From Candidatus Borrarchaeum weybense (lineage in GTDB: Archaea; Asgardarchaeota; Sifarchaeia; Borrarchaeales; Borrarchaeaceae): a stretch of DNA of 64,000 nucleotides. The position numbers and the translations under genes were made by a program. The stretch is from assembly GCA_019057385.1 (NCBI GenBank), contig JAHQJS010000007.1:320001-384000 (forward strand). Direction: 5' to 3'. Below, in pieces: positions 51,301 to 62,600 of the stretch. Under the pieces are notes generated by a model. It was not told where the DNA came from and made no database searches. It worked only from the letters and a program-made list of their open reading frames with translations. How positions within the stretch are numbered: the first letter of the stretch is position 1; each line of letters starts with the position of its first letter.

Positions 51301-51472
51301 ATGAATACAAGAATGAATTTTTATTCCTTTTCAATATCTTCTTTTTTACTTTAGAAGATACTTATTAATTTTCTATCCTGCGCTTAAATCATGTTCTAGT
51401 AATTTTAAGGTAATTTTTTTCTTAATCTGCCTTTCTCATGCATGTAATATTGGTTAGTTCACAAATTACGAG

Positions 51473-52063
51473 TTAAAGTGCCTCTAAATTACGCGTCTCT
51501 TTTGATAGAATTTCCAGAAAAGTCTCCATTTCTTTTTGTCTGATCTTACCTATTTGACGTGCTTGAGGCGTATGTAATTTTTCTGGGAGTTCTTTGATAA
51601 ATTGCTGAATTCTCTTTATTGCACTTTTCAAGTCTGGCGCCCAATCAGAGATACCAACGATCGACAACAGCCTTGTCACTCCGATTATGCCCATGAAATC
51701 TAAAACATCTGCGTCGTGAAAGATAATTGATTCCTTTCGTGCAGAAGGATTTTCATAAAACATATGACCGCTAATAATATCTTTAACAAGAGGAATTTTT
51801 TCCACCGGAAAGCCCATTGGGGTAAGGATTTCTTCTATAAGTTGAATTGATCGCTCTGCGTGGTCTATTTCTGGCTGCCTGTGGGGCTCAAATGCACCAA
51901 TGTCATGAAGATAGGCTGCTGCAAATAGTGCATCTTGATCAACATCAATATTTTGCTCCTTGGCTAATTGAAGTGATAATTCGTAAATTCGTTGAAAATG
52001 AGAAAAACCCCAAGCCGGATGCTTGAGTTGTTCTGTGAATGCAAGTAATTGCTGTTTCCACAT
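51473..52063 (-). CDS. HD-domain phosphohydrolase
   Basis: 'H..R', 'AAYLHDIG', 'HAERS', 'HDADVLD'. Confidence 0.9.
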   Translation of the reverse strand: MWKQQLLAFTEQLKHPAWGFSHFQRIYELSLQLAKEQNIDVDQDALFAAAYLHDIGAFEPHRQPEIDHAERSIQLIEEILTPMGFPVEKIPLVKDIISGHMFYENPSARKESIIFHDADVLDFMGIIGVTRLLSIVGISDWAPDLKSAIKRIQQFIKELPEKLHTPQARQIGKIRQKEMETFLEILSKETRNLEAL

Positions 52064-52205
52064 TAACGATCACCTTTTGAACCAACATTGACTTTATATA
52101 CAATAGATAAAGTTAACTATTCCTCACAATAAAATCGTTTTTGAAATACAATTTAGAATTATTGAATTTAAGAAGTTATTAGATGAATAAAAAAGAGGGA
52201 TCTCG

Positions 52206-52769
52206 GTGGATGTAAAGCAAGCGATATATGAAAGAAGAGCATTTCGCTCATTAGAGCCCATAGAAATAACTGACCATTTAATTAACGAATTAGCAGAAAG
52301 TGCTCAATTGGCTCCTTCCTGTTTTAACAATCAACCATGGAGATTTGTTTTCGTTAATGACTCTTTAGTATTAGAGAAGTTGCACTCATCATTGTCAAGT
52401 GGAAATGTATGGGCATTTAAAGCATCACTAATCGTTGCTATATTTAGTAATAAAGAGTATGATTGTTTTGTTAAAGGTAGGGAGTATTATCTTTTCGATA
52501 CTGGTATGGCAACAGCATTCCTGATATTAAGAGCGACAGAAATGGGTTTAGTTGCCCATCCGATTGCAGGATTCAACGAGGAAATTGTTAAAAGCGTTCT
52601 CGAAATTCCAGAAGATGTAACTGTTATCACTTTAGTGATTATTGGAAAGCATTCAGAGACTATTAGCCCTGTACTTTCAGAGAAATATGTAAAAGATGAA
52701 CAAAAACGACCAACTAGATTTCCCTTTGAAGCGTTCGTGCATCTCAACCGTTTTAAAGAGTTATTATAA
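52206..52769 (+). CDS. Nitroreductase family protein
   Basis: 'ERRAFR', 'LAPSCFNNQPWRF', 'ATEMGL'. Confidence 0.92.
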   Translation: MDVKQAIYERRAFRSLEPIEITDHLINELAESAQLAPSCFNNQPWRFVFVNDSLVLEKLHSSLSSGNVWAFKASLIVAIFSNKEYDCFVKGREYYLFDTGMATAFLILRATEMGLVAHPIAGFNEEIVKSVLEIPEDVTVITLVIIGKHSETISPVLSEKYVKDEQKRPTRFPFEAFVHLNRFKELL

Positions 52770-52883
52770 AAGTTCTTTTTCTTTAACCTTTTTTTATGGG
52801 ATTAGCTCAAATATGCATTGAACATAAGCCTTATCATATGCAGTTCAATGTAAATTACGTTGTGCACTATTGAGGTTATAATA

Positions 52884-54992
52884 ATGTCAGATGAATCTGA
52901 ACCTAAGAAGGCTAATCGATTAATTAATGAAAAAAGTCCCTATCTACTTCAACATGCGTATAATCCTGTAGATTGGTATGCATGGGAACCTGAAGCATTT
53001 GAGAAAGCAAAAAAAGAAGATAAACCAATTTTTTTATCCATTGGCTACTCTACTTGTCATTGGTGCCATGTAATGGAGCATGAATCCTTTGAAGATCAAG
53101 AAGTAGCCAAATTAATGAATGATGCTTTTGTAAACATTAAGGTCGACAGAGAGGAACGACCAGATATCGACAATCTCTACATGACGGTCGCCCAATTACT
53201 TAAAGGTAGAGGTGGATGGCCACTTACCATAATTATGACCCCCGATAAGAAACCATTCTTTGCTGCAACATATATTCCTAAAAAAGGGCGTTTTGGAATG
53301 ACTGGTATGCTGGATGTAATACCCTATATCAAAGAACTTTGGACAAATCGACGAGACGAAGTTTTCAATGCAACGGATAAAGTCGTTTCTGCACTTGAAC
53401 AGGTGTCAAAGGGCGAAGTGGGTGAAGAATTGGAAGAAACTATGCTAAAAACTGCTTATAGCTCGCTTAAAAGCCGTTTTGATGATGAATATGGCGGGTT
53501 CAGCGATGCTCCAAAGTTTCCAAGTCCTCACAACTTGCTTTTCTTACTTCGTTATTGGAAGCGTTCTGATGATGAAAAAGCTTTGATGATGGTTGAAAAA
53601 ACTCTCCAATTTATGAGGCTTGGGGGAATGTACGATCATATCGGCTTTGGATTTCATCGCTATTCAACGGATTATCTCTGGCTAGTACCTCATTTCGAAA
53701 AAATGCTCTATGATCAAGCTATGTTGGCGATGGCTTATATAGAAGCGTATCAAGCAACTAAGAAAAAGGAATATGAACACACTGCTCGGGAGATCTTTAC
53801 TTATGTCCTGCGTGATATGACAGCACCGACAGGTGGTTTTTACTCGGCTGAAGATGCTGACAGTGAAGGTAAAGAAGGCAAATTTTATTTGTGGACTGAA
53901 GAAGAGATTAAACAAATACTCGAACAGGTAGACGCAGATTTAATCATTAAAGTATTTGATATCCAACCTCGTGGGAATTTTATAGATATGATGATTCAAA
54001 GAAAAACAGGGGAAAACATCTTTCATCTAAAGAAACCAATTGAAGATATCGCATCTGATCTAAACATATCAGTAAAAGACTTGAAGAAAAAAATTGAAAA
54101 CATTCGGCAACAGTTATTTTCAGAACGTGAAAAGCGTATACATCCTCATAAAGATGACAAGATTCTTACTGACTGGAATGGTCTAATGATCGCAGCATTG
54201 GCAAAAGGAGCACAAGTTTTTGATGAAACCAGTTATTTGGATGCCGCCAAAAACGCGTTTGAGTTTATTTTTAAAAATATGCGAACCCCAGAAGGACGAA
54301 TTTTACATCGCTATCGAGATGGTGAAGCAAGCATATTAGCTCAGGTCGATGATTACGCATTTCTGATTTGGGGCTTAATAGAACTCTATGAGGCCAACTT
54401 TAATGCGAGTTATCTTCAAACTGCTCTAGATTTGAATGAAGAGTTGATACAGCATTTTTGGGATAACGAGACAGGAGGATTTTATCTCACGCCAGATGAT
54501 GGGGAGGAACTCCTCGTTCGTCAGAAAGAGATTTATGATGGGGCAATTCCATCTGGCAACTCAGTTGCAATGTTAAATCTTCTCCGTTTAGGAAGAGTAG
54601 CAGCAGATGAAGATTTTGATGATAAGGCTTCTAAAATAGGGAAAGCTTTTTCTAAGAACTTAAATAACTCTCCAGCAGCTCATAACCAGTTAATGGTTGC
54701 ATTAGATTTTGCAATTGGGCCTTCATACCAAGTGGTTATAGCAGGAAATTCACAAGCAACAGACACAAAAAACATGTTAACTGCCGTCAAATCACATTTC
54801 ATTCCCAATTTACTCATCTTTCTTAATCAAACAGAACAAGAATCGCCAGAGATTCATGACATTGCAGAATTCATTAAATACATGCCAAATATCGAAGATA
54901 AAGCAACAGCATATATCTGTATTAACTATACTTGCAAAAAGCCGACAACAGACATAAATGAAATGTTGAAGCAACTTGATTTACACAGATGA
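52884..54992 (+). CDS. Thioredoxin-domain / six-hairpin protein (YyaL/SSP411 family)
   Basis: '[21 protein letters not shown]', '[12 protein letters not shown]', '[10 protein letters not shown]', '[12 protein letters not shown]'. Confidence 0.93.
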   Translation: MSDESEPKKANRLINEKSPYLLQHAYNPVDWYAWEPEAFEKAKKEDKPIFLSIGYSTCHWCHVMEHESFEDQEVAKLMNDAFVNIKVDREERPDIDNLYMTVAQLLKGRGGWPLTIIMTPDKKPFFAATYIPKKGRFGMTGMLDVIPYIKELWTNRRDEVFNATDKVVSALEQVSKGEVGEELEETMLKTAYSSLKSRFDDEYGGFSDAPKFPSPHNLLFLLRYWKRSDDEKALMMVEKTLQFMRLGGMYDHIGFGFHRYSTDYLWLVPHFEKMLYDQAMLAMAYIEAYQATKKKEYEHTAREIFTYVLRDMTAPTGGFYSAEDADSEGKEGKFYLWTEEEIKQILEQVDADLIIKVFDIQPRGNFIDMMIQRKTGENIFHLKKPIEDIASDLNISVKDLKKKIENIRQQLFSEREKRIHPHKDDKILTDWNGLMIAALAKGAQVFDETSYLDAAKNAFEFIFKNMRTPEGRILHRYRDGEASILAQVDDYAFLIWGLIELYEANFNASYLQTALDLNEELIQHFWDNETGGFYLTPDDGEELLVRQKEIYDGAIPSGNSVAMLNLLRLGRVAADEDFDDKASKIGKAFSKNLNNSPAAHNQLMVALDFAIGPSYQVVIAGNSQATDTKNMLTAVKSHFIPNLLIFLNQTEQESPEIHDIAEFIKYMPNIEDKATAYICINYTCKKPTTDINEMLKQLDLHR

Positions 54993-55097
54993 AAGAGAAA
55001 TAAATGAATAGAAGACTATAGACGTATATACTCAACTTTATGCGTAGAAGGAAAGATTTAACAAAGTTTTTCTTTTTTTAGGTGATGGGGTTTTCAA

Positions 55098-55538
55098 TTG
55101 AATGTCAATAAAGAAAAAGTGCTATTTATTTGCACCCACAATGCAGCTAGATCGCAAATGGCAGAAGGTTTATTAAGAACGTTAAAAGGTGATCGTTATG
55201 AAACTTACAGCGGAGGATTAGAGCCATCAAGCGTAAACCTATATGCTATTAAAGTAATGGCAGAAATTGGTATTGATATCTCAGACCAACATTCGAAGGG
55301 CATTGTAGGTTTTTATGAAATGACAATTGATCATGTTGTCACAGTCTGTGATAATGCACATCAAAAATGCCCATTTTTTGCAGGCGGAAAAAATTATATC
55401 CATAAAGGTTTCGAAGATCCAGCAGAGTTTGAAGGGAGCGAAGATGAGAAATTAGAAGTTTTTAGACGAGTTAGAGATGAGATAAAGGATTGGATTGAAA
55501 GGACCTTTGTTAATGGCGTTAAATCGACGAAAGAATGA
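55098..55538 (+). CDS. arsC: Arsenate reductase (low-molecular-weight phosphatase family)
   Basis: 'CTHNAARSQMAEG', 'TVCD...CP', 'FEDP'. Confidence 0.88.
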   Translation: MNVNKEKVLFICTHNAARSQMAEGLLRTLKGDRYETYSGGLEPSSVNLYAIKVMAEIGIDISDQHSKGIVGFYEMTIDHVVTVCDNAHQKCPFFAGGKNYIHKGFEDPAEFEGSEDEKLEVFRRVRDEIKDWIERTFVNGVKSTKE

Positions 55539-55690
55539 TTTTTTTGATGTAAATAATTTTCCCGTAATTAAAGTCAATTAGATAATAATATATACGCTTT
55601 TCTTAGAACAATACAACACAAATTTTTAAAATGATAATTTAGTTAATGTAAACTAATTTTGCAGTAGTATGTAGTTTTTCCGACTCATTA

Positions 55691-55719
55691 GCACTAAATT
55701 ATTTTAAGGGTATTAGTGC
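55691..55719. promoter_or_regulatory. Inverted repeat flanking a TATA-like box upstream of the PAS gene
   Basis: GCACTAA (55691) and TTAGTGC (55713) around TTATTTTAA. Confidence 0.4.
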
Positions 55720-55777
55720 ATAAATTCAATCAATTTCCTTTATTACTATATCAAAAATGCAGATACGATGTGGCAGT

Positions 55778-58291
55778 ATGAGTTTAGAAGACTATTTATA
55801 TAGAGATGACGTTCCGGCGAATCTAAAGGAAGCAATAAAAAGAACACTCACCGAATACAAGAAAACAGAGGCTGAATTGAATACTACAATCAAAGAATCA
55901 CGACAACGCCAAGCAGAACATAAGCAATTAGAGCAGCAATTGGTTGAGTCAGAAGCAAAATATCGAACTCTTGTTGAGAGAGATCCGAATATGATCTTTT
56001 ATATTGAAGGAAGGGTGCTTAAATTTGTTAACCAAGCATTTCTGGATATATTAGGGTATTCAAAGGAAGAATTATATGCCCCAGACTTCGATTTTTTCGC
56101 AAATATTATTCCCGAACAAAGAGAAATGTTTAAAGATCATTTGATTGAAATTCTAACTGGAGAAGATGTGCCAGCTTCTTATGAACTCTCTCTATTAACA
56201 AAACAAGCTGAAATTGTCCCTTGTCTTATCAATGTGACATCTTTTGAAAAGGAAGAAAAACAAATTATTCAAGGTGTTATGACAGATATAAGCTTAGTCA
56301 AAGAATTAGAAAAAGAACTCAAGGATTCAGAGGAACGTTATAGAGGTTTATATGAGTCCTCCATAGATGGTATAGTATCTTATGATATGGAAAGAAATAT
56401 CAAAGAATGCAATCAGTCCTTCGCAGATATGCACGGTTATTCCAAGGAAGAACTGCTTCAATTAACACTTTGGGATCTCATATATGAGAAATGGCGTGAT
56501 ATACCAGACAAGATTCGTGCTGAAGTACTTAAGAAGGGTTATTCGGAAGAATTTGACGCAGAACATATCAAGAAAGACGGAAGAATTTTCCCCGTCTCGG
56601 TAAGAGTATGGCTTATGAAAGATAAGAATGGAAGACCTACTGGAATGTGGGAAATCATTCGTGATATCACCGAACGCAAAAAGGCAGAAAATGCTTTGAA
56701 GATGGTAGCATATAATCTTCGCGAACGAGTCAAGGAACTGAGATGCTTCTTTAATATCTCTGAGCTTGTTGACACTCCAGACATTACATTAGAAGAAATC
56801 CTTCAAGGGGTAGTTGAATTCCTTTCCTCCGCCATACAGTATCCAGAAATTGCCTGTGCACGAGTAATACTAAAAAACCAAGAATTTAAAACCGAAAACT
56901 TCAGAGAGACTATCTGGAAGCAAGCAAGCGATATTATTGTGCACGGCAATCGAATAGGCGCTTTAGAAGTCTATTACTTAGAAAAAATGCCAGATAGCGA
57001 TGAAGGACCTTTTCTGAAAGAAGAGAGGAACCTAACAAATGCTATCGCTGAACGAATTGGGAAAATCATCACTCGCAAGCAAGCTGAGGAACAATTAAAA
57101 GAACATACTGAAAATCTAGAAAAAATGGTTGCAGAACGAACAAAAGCATTAAAAGAATCTGAGGAAAAACTTAAGGCGATCTTGAGTGGAATCGGAGACA
57201 TTATCACTATACAAAACAAAGATTTAGATATTATATGGGTAAATCAGGCGGTAAAAGATATATGGGGGGATGTTATCGGAAAGAAATGTTATGAAGTTTA
57301 CAAAGGGTTTGATACTTGTTGTCCTGAGTGTACTGCTGAGAAGGTATTTAAAGAAGGTAAAACTTCGATCTCTGAGGGAATGATCATAAAACCAGATGGA
57401 ACTAAATGTTTCATTATGACCACTAGTTCGCCTGTATACGATGATGAGGGAAATATAACTGCCGCCATAGAAGTAGTGAAGGATATTACTGAAAGGAAAC
57501 GCACTGAAGATGCGCTGAAGAGGAGCGAAACAAGTCTTGCTGAAGCACAAAGGATTGCGCATCTGGGGAATTGGGATTGGAACATTCAAACAAACGAACT
57601 TCACTGGTCAGACGAAATTTATCGCATCTTTGGGTTAGAACCTCAGGAATTTGGTGCAACATATGAGGCTTTTCTAAATTCTGTTCATCCAGAAGATAGA
57701 GAATTCGTTAAAAAATCGGTAGATAAAGCCTTATTTGAAAACGTACCTTATAGTATTGACCATCGCATAATTTTACCAGACGGTGAGGAGCGTATCGTTC
57801 ACGAACACGCAGAAGTTGTTTTTGATGAACTTAGAAAGCCAGTTCGGATGATTGGGACTGTCCAAGACATCACCGAAAGCAAAAAGTCAGAAGAAAGGCT
57901 TAGGGAAAGTGAAAATCGGCTTTCATTAATTTTCAACACCGTTTCCGATTCGATACTTTTTATTAAGATTGAGCCCGATGACCGTTATCAAGTCATTAGC
58001 ATCAATCAAGCATTTTTAACAGATACTGGTTTTACTGAAGAACACGTGGTTGGAAAAATGGTTGATGAAATCTTGCCAGAATCAGTTTATAAAGACTTAA
58101 TTCTTAAATACAAGGAAGTAATTCGAACTGGTAAACCCATTACATATGAAAGTTCTGTTGATTTACCCAAGGGACATCTTACATTTGAAACAACAATAAC
58201 TCCCATTTTTGACGAGAAGGGAAACTGCACTCATCTTCTTGGAGTTGCTCACGATATCAGCAAATTGAGTAACTACAAGAGCAGGATTTGA
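55778..58291 (+). CDS. Multi-PAS (about five PAS/PAC plus one GAF-like) sensor protein with no output domain
   Basis: Repeated 'ESE..YR.L' starts and 'DITERK' ends; ends just after the last PAC 'VAHDIS'. Confidence 0.85.
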   Translation: MSLEDYLYRDDVPANLKEAIKRTLTEYKKTEAELNTTIKESRQRQAEHKQLEQQLVESEAKYRTLVERDPNMIFYIEGRVLKFVNQAFLDILGYSKEELYAPDFDFFANIIPEQREMFKDHLIEILTGEDVPASYELSLLTKQAEIVPCLINVTSFEKEEKQIIQGVMTDISLVKELEKELKDSEERYRGLYESSIDGIVSYDMERNIKECNQSFADMHGYSKEELLQLTLWDLIYEKWRDIPDKIRAEVLKKGYSEEFDAEHIKKDGRIFPVSVRVWLMKDKNGRPTGMWEIIRDITERKKAENALKMVAYNLRERVKELRCFFNISELVDTPDITLEEILQGVVEFLSSAIQYPEIACARVILKNQEFKTENFRETIWKQASDIIVHGNRIGALEVYYLEKMPDSDEGPFLKEERNLTNAIAERIGKIITRKQAEEQLKEHTENLEKMVAERTKALKESEEKLKAILSGIGDIITIQNKDLDIIWVNQAVKDIWGDVIGKKCYEVYKGFDTCCPECTAEKVFKEGKTSISEGMIIKPDGTKCFIMTTSSPVYDDEGNITAAIEVVKDITERKRTEDALKRSETSLAEAQRIAHLGNWDWNIQTNELHWSDEIYRIFGLEPQEFGATYEAFLNSVHPEDREFVKKSVDKALFENVPYSIDHRIILPDGEERIVHEHAEVVFDELRKPVRMIGTVQDITESKKSEERLRESENRLSLIFNTVSDSILFIKIEPDDRYQVISINQAFLTDTGFTEEHVVGKMVDEILPESVYKDLILKYKEVIRTGKPITYESSVDLPKGHLTFETTITPIFDEKGNCTHLLGVAHDISKLSNYKSRI

Positions 58292-58402
58292 TGAGGAGTT
58301 ACTAAAGGAAAAAATTGAGAATTTCTTTGAGAGATTGTCATCACTAAAAAAGTCAAATAAAATGACAATAAATGTCTAAAAGAAATTTGAGGAAGGGATT
58401 TC

Positions 58403-59005
58403 ATGGAAGATGAAGGCATAATCATAAGCCCTGACACAAAGAGAGAAAATAGAGTGCCTCCTGGTCAAAGACTTACGGAAAAATTTCCAACTCTTCATGC
58501 AGGATCGGTGCCTCGTTATGATCTTTCCAAATGGACTTTTAAAATTACAGGACTAGTCGAAGAGAAAAAAACACTTAGTTATGAAGAATTTATGTCACTT
58601 CCAATGGTAAAAGTTTTTTCAGATGTGCATTGCGTTACTGGCTGGTCAAGATTGAACAATCTCTGGGAGGGTGTAAGCACTAGTGTAATAAAAGAACTTG
58701 TTAACATACTTCCCGAAGCCAAGTTTGTCATATTTCACTGTGCAGAAGGTTGGACAACTAATCTTACTCTAGAAGATTTCTTTCAAGCAGATGTATTATT
58801 TGTTGCCAAATTAGACAATGAACCGAATACTGCAAAGCATGGAGCACCTTGCAGACTTGTAGTACCAAGACTCTATTTTTGGAAAAGTGCAAAATGGGTC
58901 GAACGCTTAGAATTTACAGCAAAAGATAAGCCAGGATTCTGGGAAACAAGAGGGTATCATAACCACGGTGACCCATGGAAAGAAGAGAGGTACAGTTATT
59001 ACTAA
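58403..59005 (+). CDS. Sulfite oxidase-like molybdopterin oxidoreductase (YuiH/MsrP-like)
   Basis: 'PPGQ', 'DVHCVTGWS', 'WEGV', 'HGAP.RLVVP.LYFWKSAKW', 'GFWE.RGYH'. Confidence 0.9.
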   Translation: MEDEGIIISPDTKRENRVPPGQRLTEKFPTLHAGSVPRYDLSKWTFKITGLVEEKKTLSYEEFMSLPMVKVFSDVHCVTGWSRLNNLWEGVSTSVIKELVNILPEAKFVIFHCAEGWTTNLTLEDFFQADVLFVAKLDNEPNTAKHGAPCRLVVPRLYFWKSAKWVERLEFTAKDKPGFWETRGYHNHGDPWKEERYSYY

Positions 59006-59071
59006 AAAACTTCATCTAGACAAAATATTTAGTCAAAATAACAATTAAAAAAAAGAAAAATATAAGTGATT

Positions 59072-59374
59072 TTATTCGACCATTACAGCGACAGCGTCTT
59101 CAAGGGCATCTTTATAAGGCACAGTTACCTTAAGTAAGCCATCTTCGTAAGTAGCCTTAGCCTTTTCAGGAACAATAGGGCAACATACAGCATAGGAACC
59201 GATATACTCAGTTCCTTCTTTGGTTGCATTTATATAAAAGCTATCTTCATGCATCTTTACTCTAACATTCTCTTTTTTTACACCAGGTAATTCTACTTCT
59301 ACAATTAAATTCTCATGGTTCTCATCACGAAATGCAAGCAATGCTGGAGATATTTTTACGACTTCTTCGGACAT
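59072..59374 (-). CDS. Small heat shock protein (Hsp20)
   Basis: 'VELPGVKKENV', 'AKATYEDGLLKVTVP'. Confidence 0.9.
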   Translation of the reverse strand: MSEEVVKISPALLAFRDENHENLIVEVELPGVKKENVRVKMHEDSFYINATKEGTEYIGSYAVCCPIVPEKAKATYEDGLLKVTVPYKDALEDAVAVMVE

Positions 59375-59657
59375 AGAATCATCCTCCATTGTGCTTAAAA
59401 CACAGCATTATTAGCGATTTGCGCTGTTAATTAAGTTTATTGTGTTGGCAGAGCGAATATAAGAGAGACTGCTTTCTAATGACTTATAAGAATGGTTTTC
59501 AGATCCTTATCTTGAAATTAAAGTTCATTTTTTTAAATTAAACCATTAATAAACGCATTTAGCATCTTATCTTCGGTTATTTGCCCTTTTTACTCAATTT
59601 TATCGGAAAATTTTTATGTAAGCATGCAGTTGGATTAAATGAACATGGTGGAACCGA

Positions 59658-62600
59658 ATGGTTTTCTATTTAGTTAATTCTCCGAAAAAAAAGAAGCGAC
59701 TGATTTTCCATTATAGGCACGTAAGACGCCATTCGTTCGTATTTGCAAGTTTTGTCGTCCTTTTTATACTTTTCATGGGCAGTTTTTTCATAACACCTCA
59801 GTATCCTAATATGACTGAAGAACCAAATTCTACTTACAATATAAAATATCCCTCTATCAATGACGGAACACAATATGTTACTTCAGGTGTATCCGCTCTG
59901 GATAATGGAGATTCTCCAATAGATCCAAGTGGAACTGGTACCGCTTTGAGCGGGGTAAATGAATATCTAGCAAATGATACAACATTTAACGCTGTTCTTG
60001 TAAACAATACTGGTAATACTGACTATACGGGTAATGAATCGATTTATGTGTCACCCTTTGAACAAGGTGTTGGTCGAAAGGATCTCATCTACTTCAATTT
60101 TACAACAGATCGCATAGCAAATGCGACTGAAGATACTGAAAACATTGAAAATGACTATGCTGGAAACTCAATTGGGACAGGAACATATGCACAGGAGTTC
60201 GTTGTGTCTACATCAAGTGATTATTATTATTTGACTGAAGTACAACTTCGTGCTATAGGTGGAACTTCCGCAGTACAAGACGGATCATGTTATATACAAA
60301 TCAGAAATTCCACTACTGGAGGCGCACCCTCCGATGATCCTGATGAAATTTTTTACCAATCCGACCCCCTTACTGTGCCATTCGGTTTAAATGAGAATAT
60401 TCCCTTCGATTTATCTGATGAAAATATAATATTGAGATCTGATCGTTCCTATTTCATTGTAATTGTTGTAGGTTCAAACACTGAGTTTTACAGTATAGAT
60501 GATGTAACAGATCTAGAGGGAGATTATGGAGCTTCATATGTGTACTCAGGTGGATGGTTCGGACCAGGATCGGTTGATTTTAGTTTTGAACATGTTAAAT
60601 ACCAAGAGGCATTTTATGCAGATACGACCACCAATGACTATAACGATCTTAACATGAATGTCACTGTTTATGGTGCTGGGGTGAACGGTCCATATACTGT
60701 AAACTCTGCCGAGGGAGGATCAGGGGGAGATTGGTGGATCGGTGGGCAAGTATCTCACGTATTTTCACCAGATATTTCACCTACTGCTAGTGGAACATTC
60801 GAGTTTGATATTGACGTTGATGATGATGTCAGTGCTAGAAACCTGACGATAGATTTCAATGTAACGATCTATTATTTGTGGGCTGATACAACATCAACGG
60901 GCACTCCTACTTATAATGTCCTAAATGGAACTGATGTTACATGGACTGTAACTTATGATCCAAATGACCGTACACTTGATCCATCAACCCCAGCAACTTG
61001 GTATGATTATTTCTTTGTGATCGATAACATACCGAATGATTGGAACGCAACAGTAGTCAGAGATAATAATGGGATTAGACACACATCACTATGCGAATCT
61101 GTAGATGGTAGTTATGTAAACGTTACAAAAACCGCTGTCGGAAATTCAACAGTTGGGGACGATCCATGGACAGTAACCTGTGTTGCGCCAAACTATTTGG
61201 ATGAGGGAGGCGATATAACTGTTAGTCCAGCACAAGGAGTTTATACAAGTGGCGATACTTTAGACATTCAAGCCACATTAAGCGATAACGCCTTTGATAG
61301 TGGTCTTGCTGATATGAACTTAACACGACCAGATAGTTCGCTTCTCTATCAAGATACAGATGAATCACCATCCACAGGACAAATTGCCTTCAGCCCCACT
61401 TATGATATACCCTACGACATCGCCGATGGAGATTATGGGATTTATGTCCTCTGGGAAGGTGAAACTGGTCAAAACACAGAGAACAAAGTAGGCTTTAGGT
61501 ACGAAGAAATTTATATTGACGGTTTAAGTTCTGGAAATGGGGGTAATGGTGGAGGAGGCGGTAATGGTGGGGGTGGTAGCGGTGGTGGAGGAGATGGCGA
61601 TGGTGGCGGCACTTCAAGTAAAACCTTCACTGTTACCCCAGGTGCAAATCTTGATGATCTTGAATTAGAAGCGGGTACAACAGGTACAATAACAATAAAT
61701 GTAACTGGCTCTGGATTCGTTAGTAATTGTAGCGTGTCTTTAAGTATAGGAAACTCAAAGTTTGAAGCAATAGAAACAAACAACAGTTATGTAATTAACT
61801 ATGATCTCATAGATCTAGAGTCTGGTAATTATACTGCAAAACTTACCGTAGAAAAAACAGGATTCTCTACATACACTAAATTATTTGATATTCTCGTATC
61901 TCCGATGACTACAATAACTGCTATGCGAGTCTATGCCGTACGAACGACAGTTTTCGTTCAAGAGAACTGGTTATTGTCAACAACTTGGTTCATTTTAGCA
62001 ATAGTTTTTGTATCAATAATTCTAACGGTATATATAAGACCTCTAAATAGCGATTATCTTTTCGATCTCTATATTTTCGATAGAAACAACATGGCGATCT
62101 ATAAACAGAATTTCACCCCAATAGAAACATTACTCGATCCAGAATTGCCGAAAGAAAGTGTTGATGCACGAAAAGCCAAAGAAGAGCTAAAAGAGCAAGC
62201 TATTACGGGTATTACAGGTCTCCTAAAGGAATTAACAGCAGAAGAAACGCAAAATATTGATCTCAAGACATTAAGGATATCTATGGATGGTAAAGATGCA
62301 AAAGTAGCGGTGTGGACAAAACAAGCTAGTTCGATTCTCAAGCCCTTTGTAAATTACAAAGTGGATAGATTTTTGAGAAAACTACGACACAAATTTGAAG
62401 AATATTACTATGTTGACCTTAAACTTTCAAAACCAGGCGTATCCGAATATCTAAACATACCAAGTGTGTTTCTTGAAAGCTTCAAACTTACTTCCTCACC
62501 TGAGCTCTATAGCCTCTATATAGAGTATGCTGAGTATCTTGAAGCTGTAAAATGTCCAGTTCTTGCTTCTGACGCATATTTCAAAGCATTAGGAATATGT

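Noticed and set aside
61511-61783. Pro-rich antisense ORF
   Set aside because: Mirror of the Gly-rich linker on the coding strand
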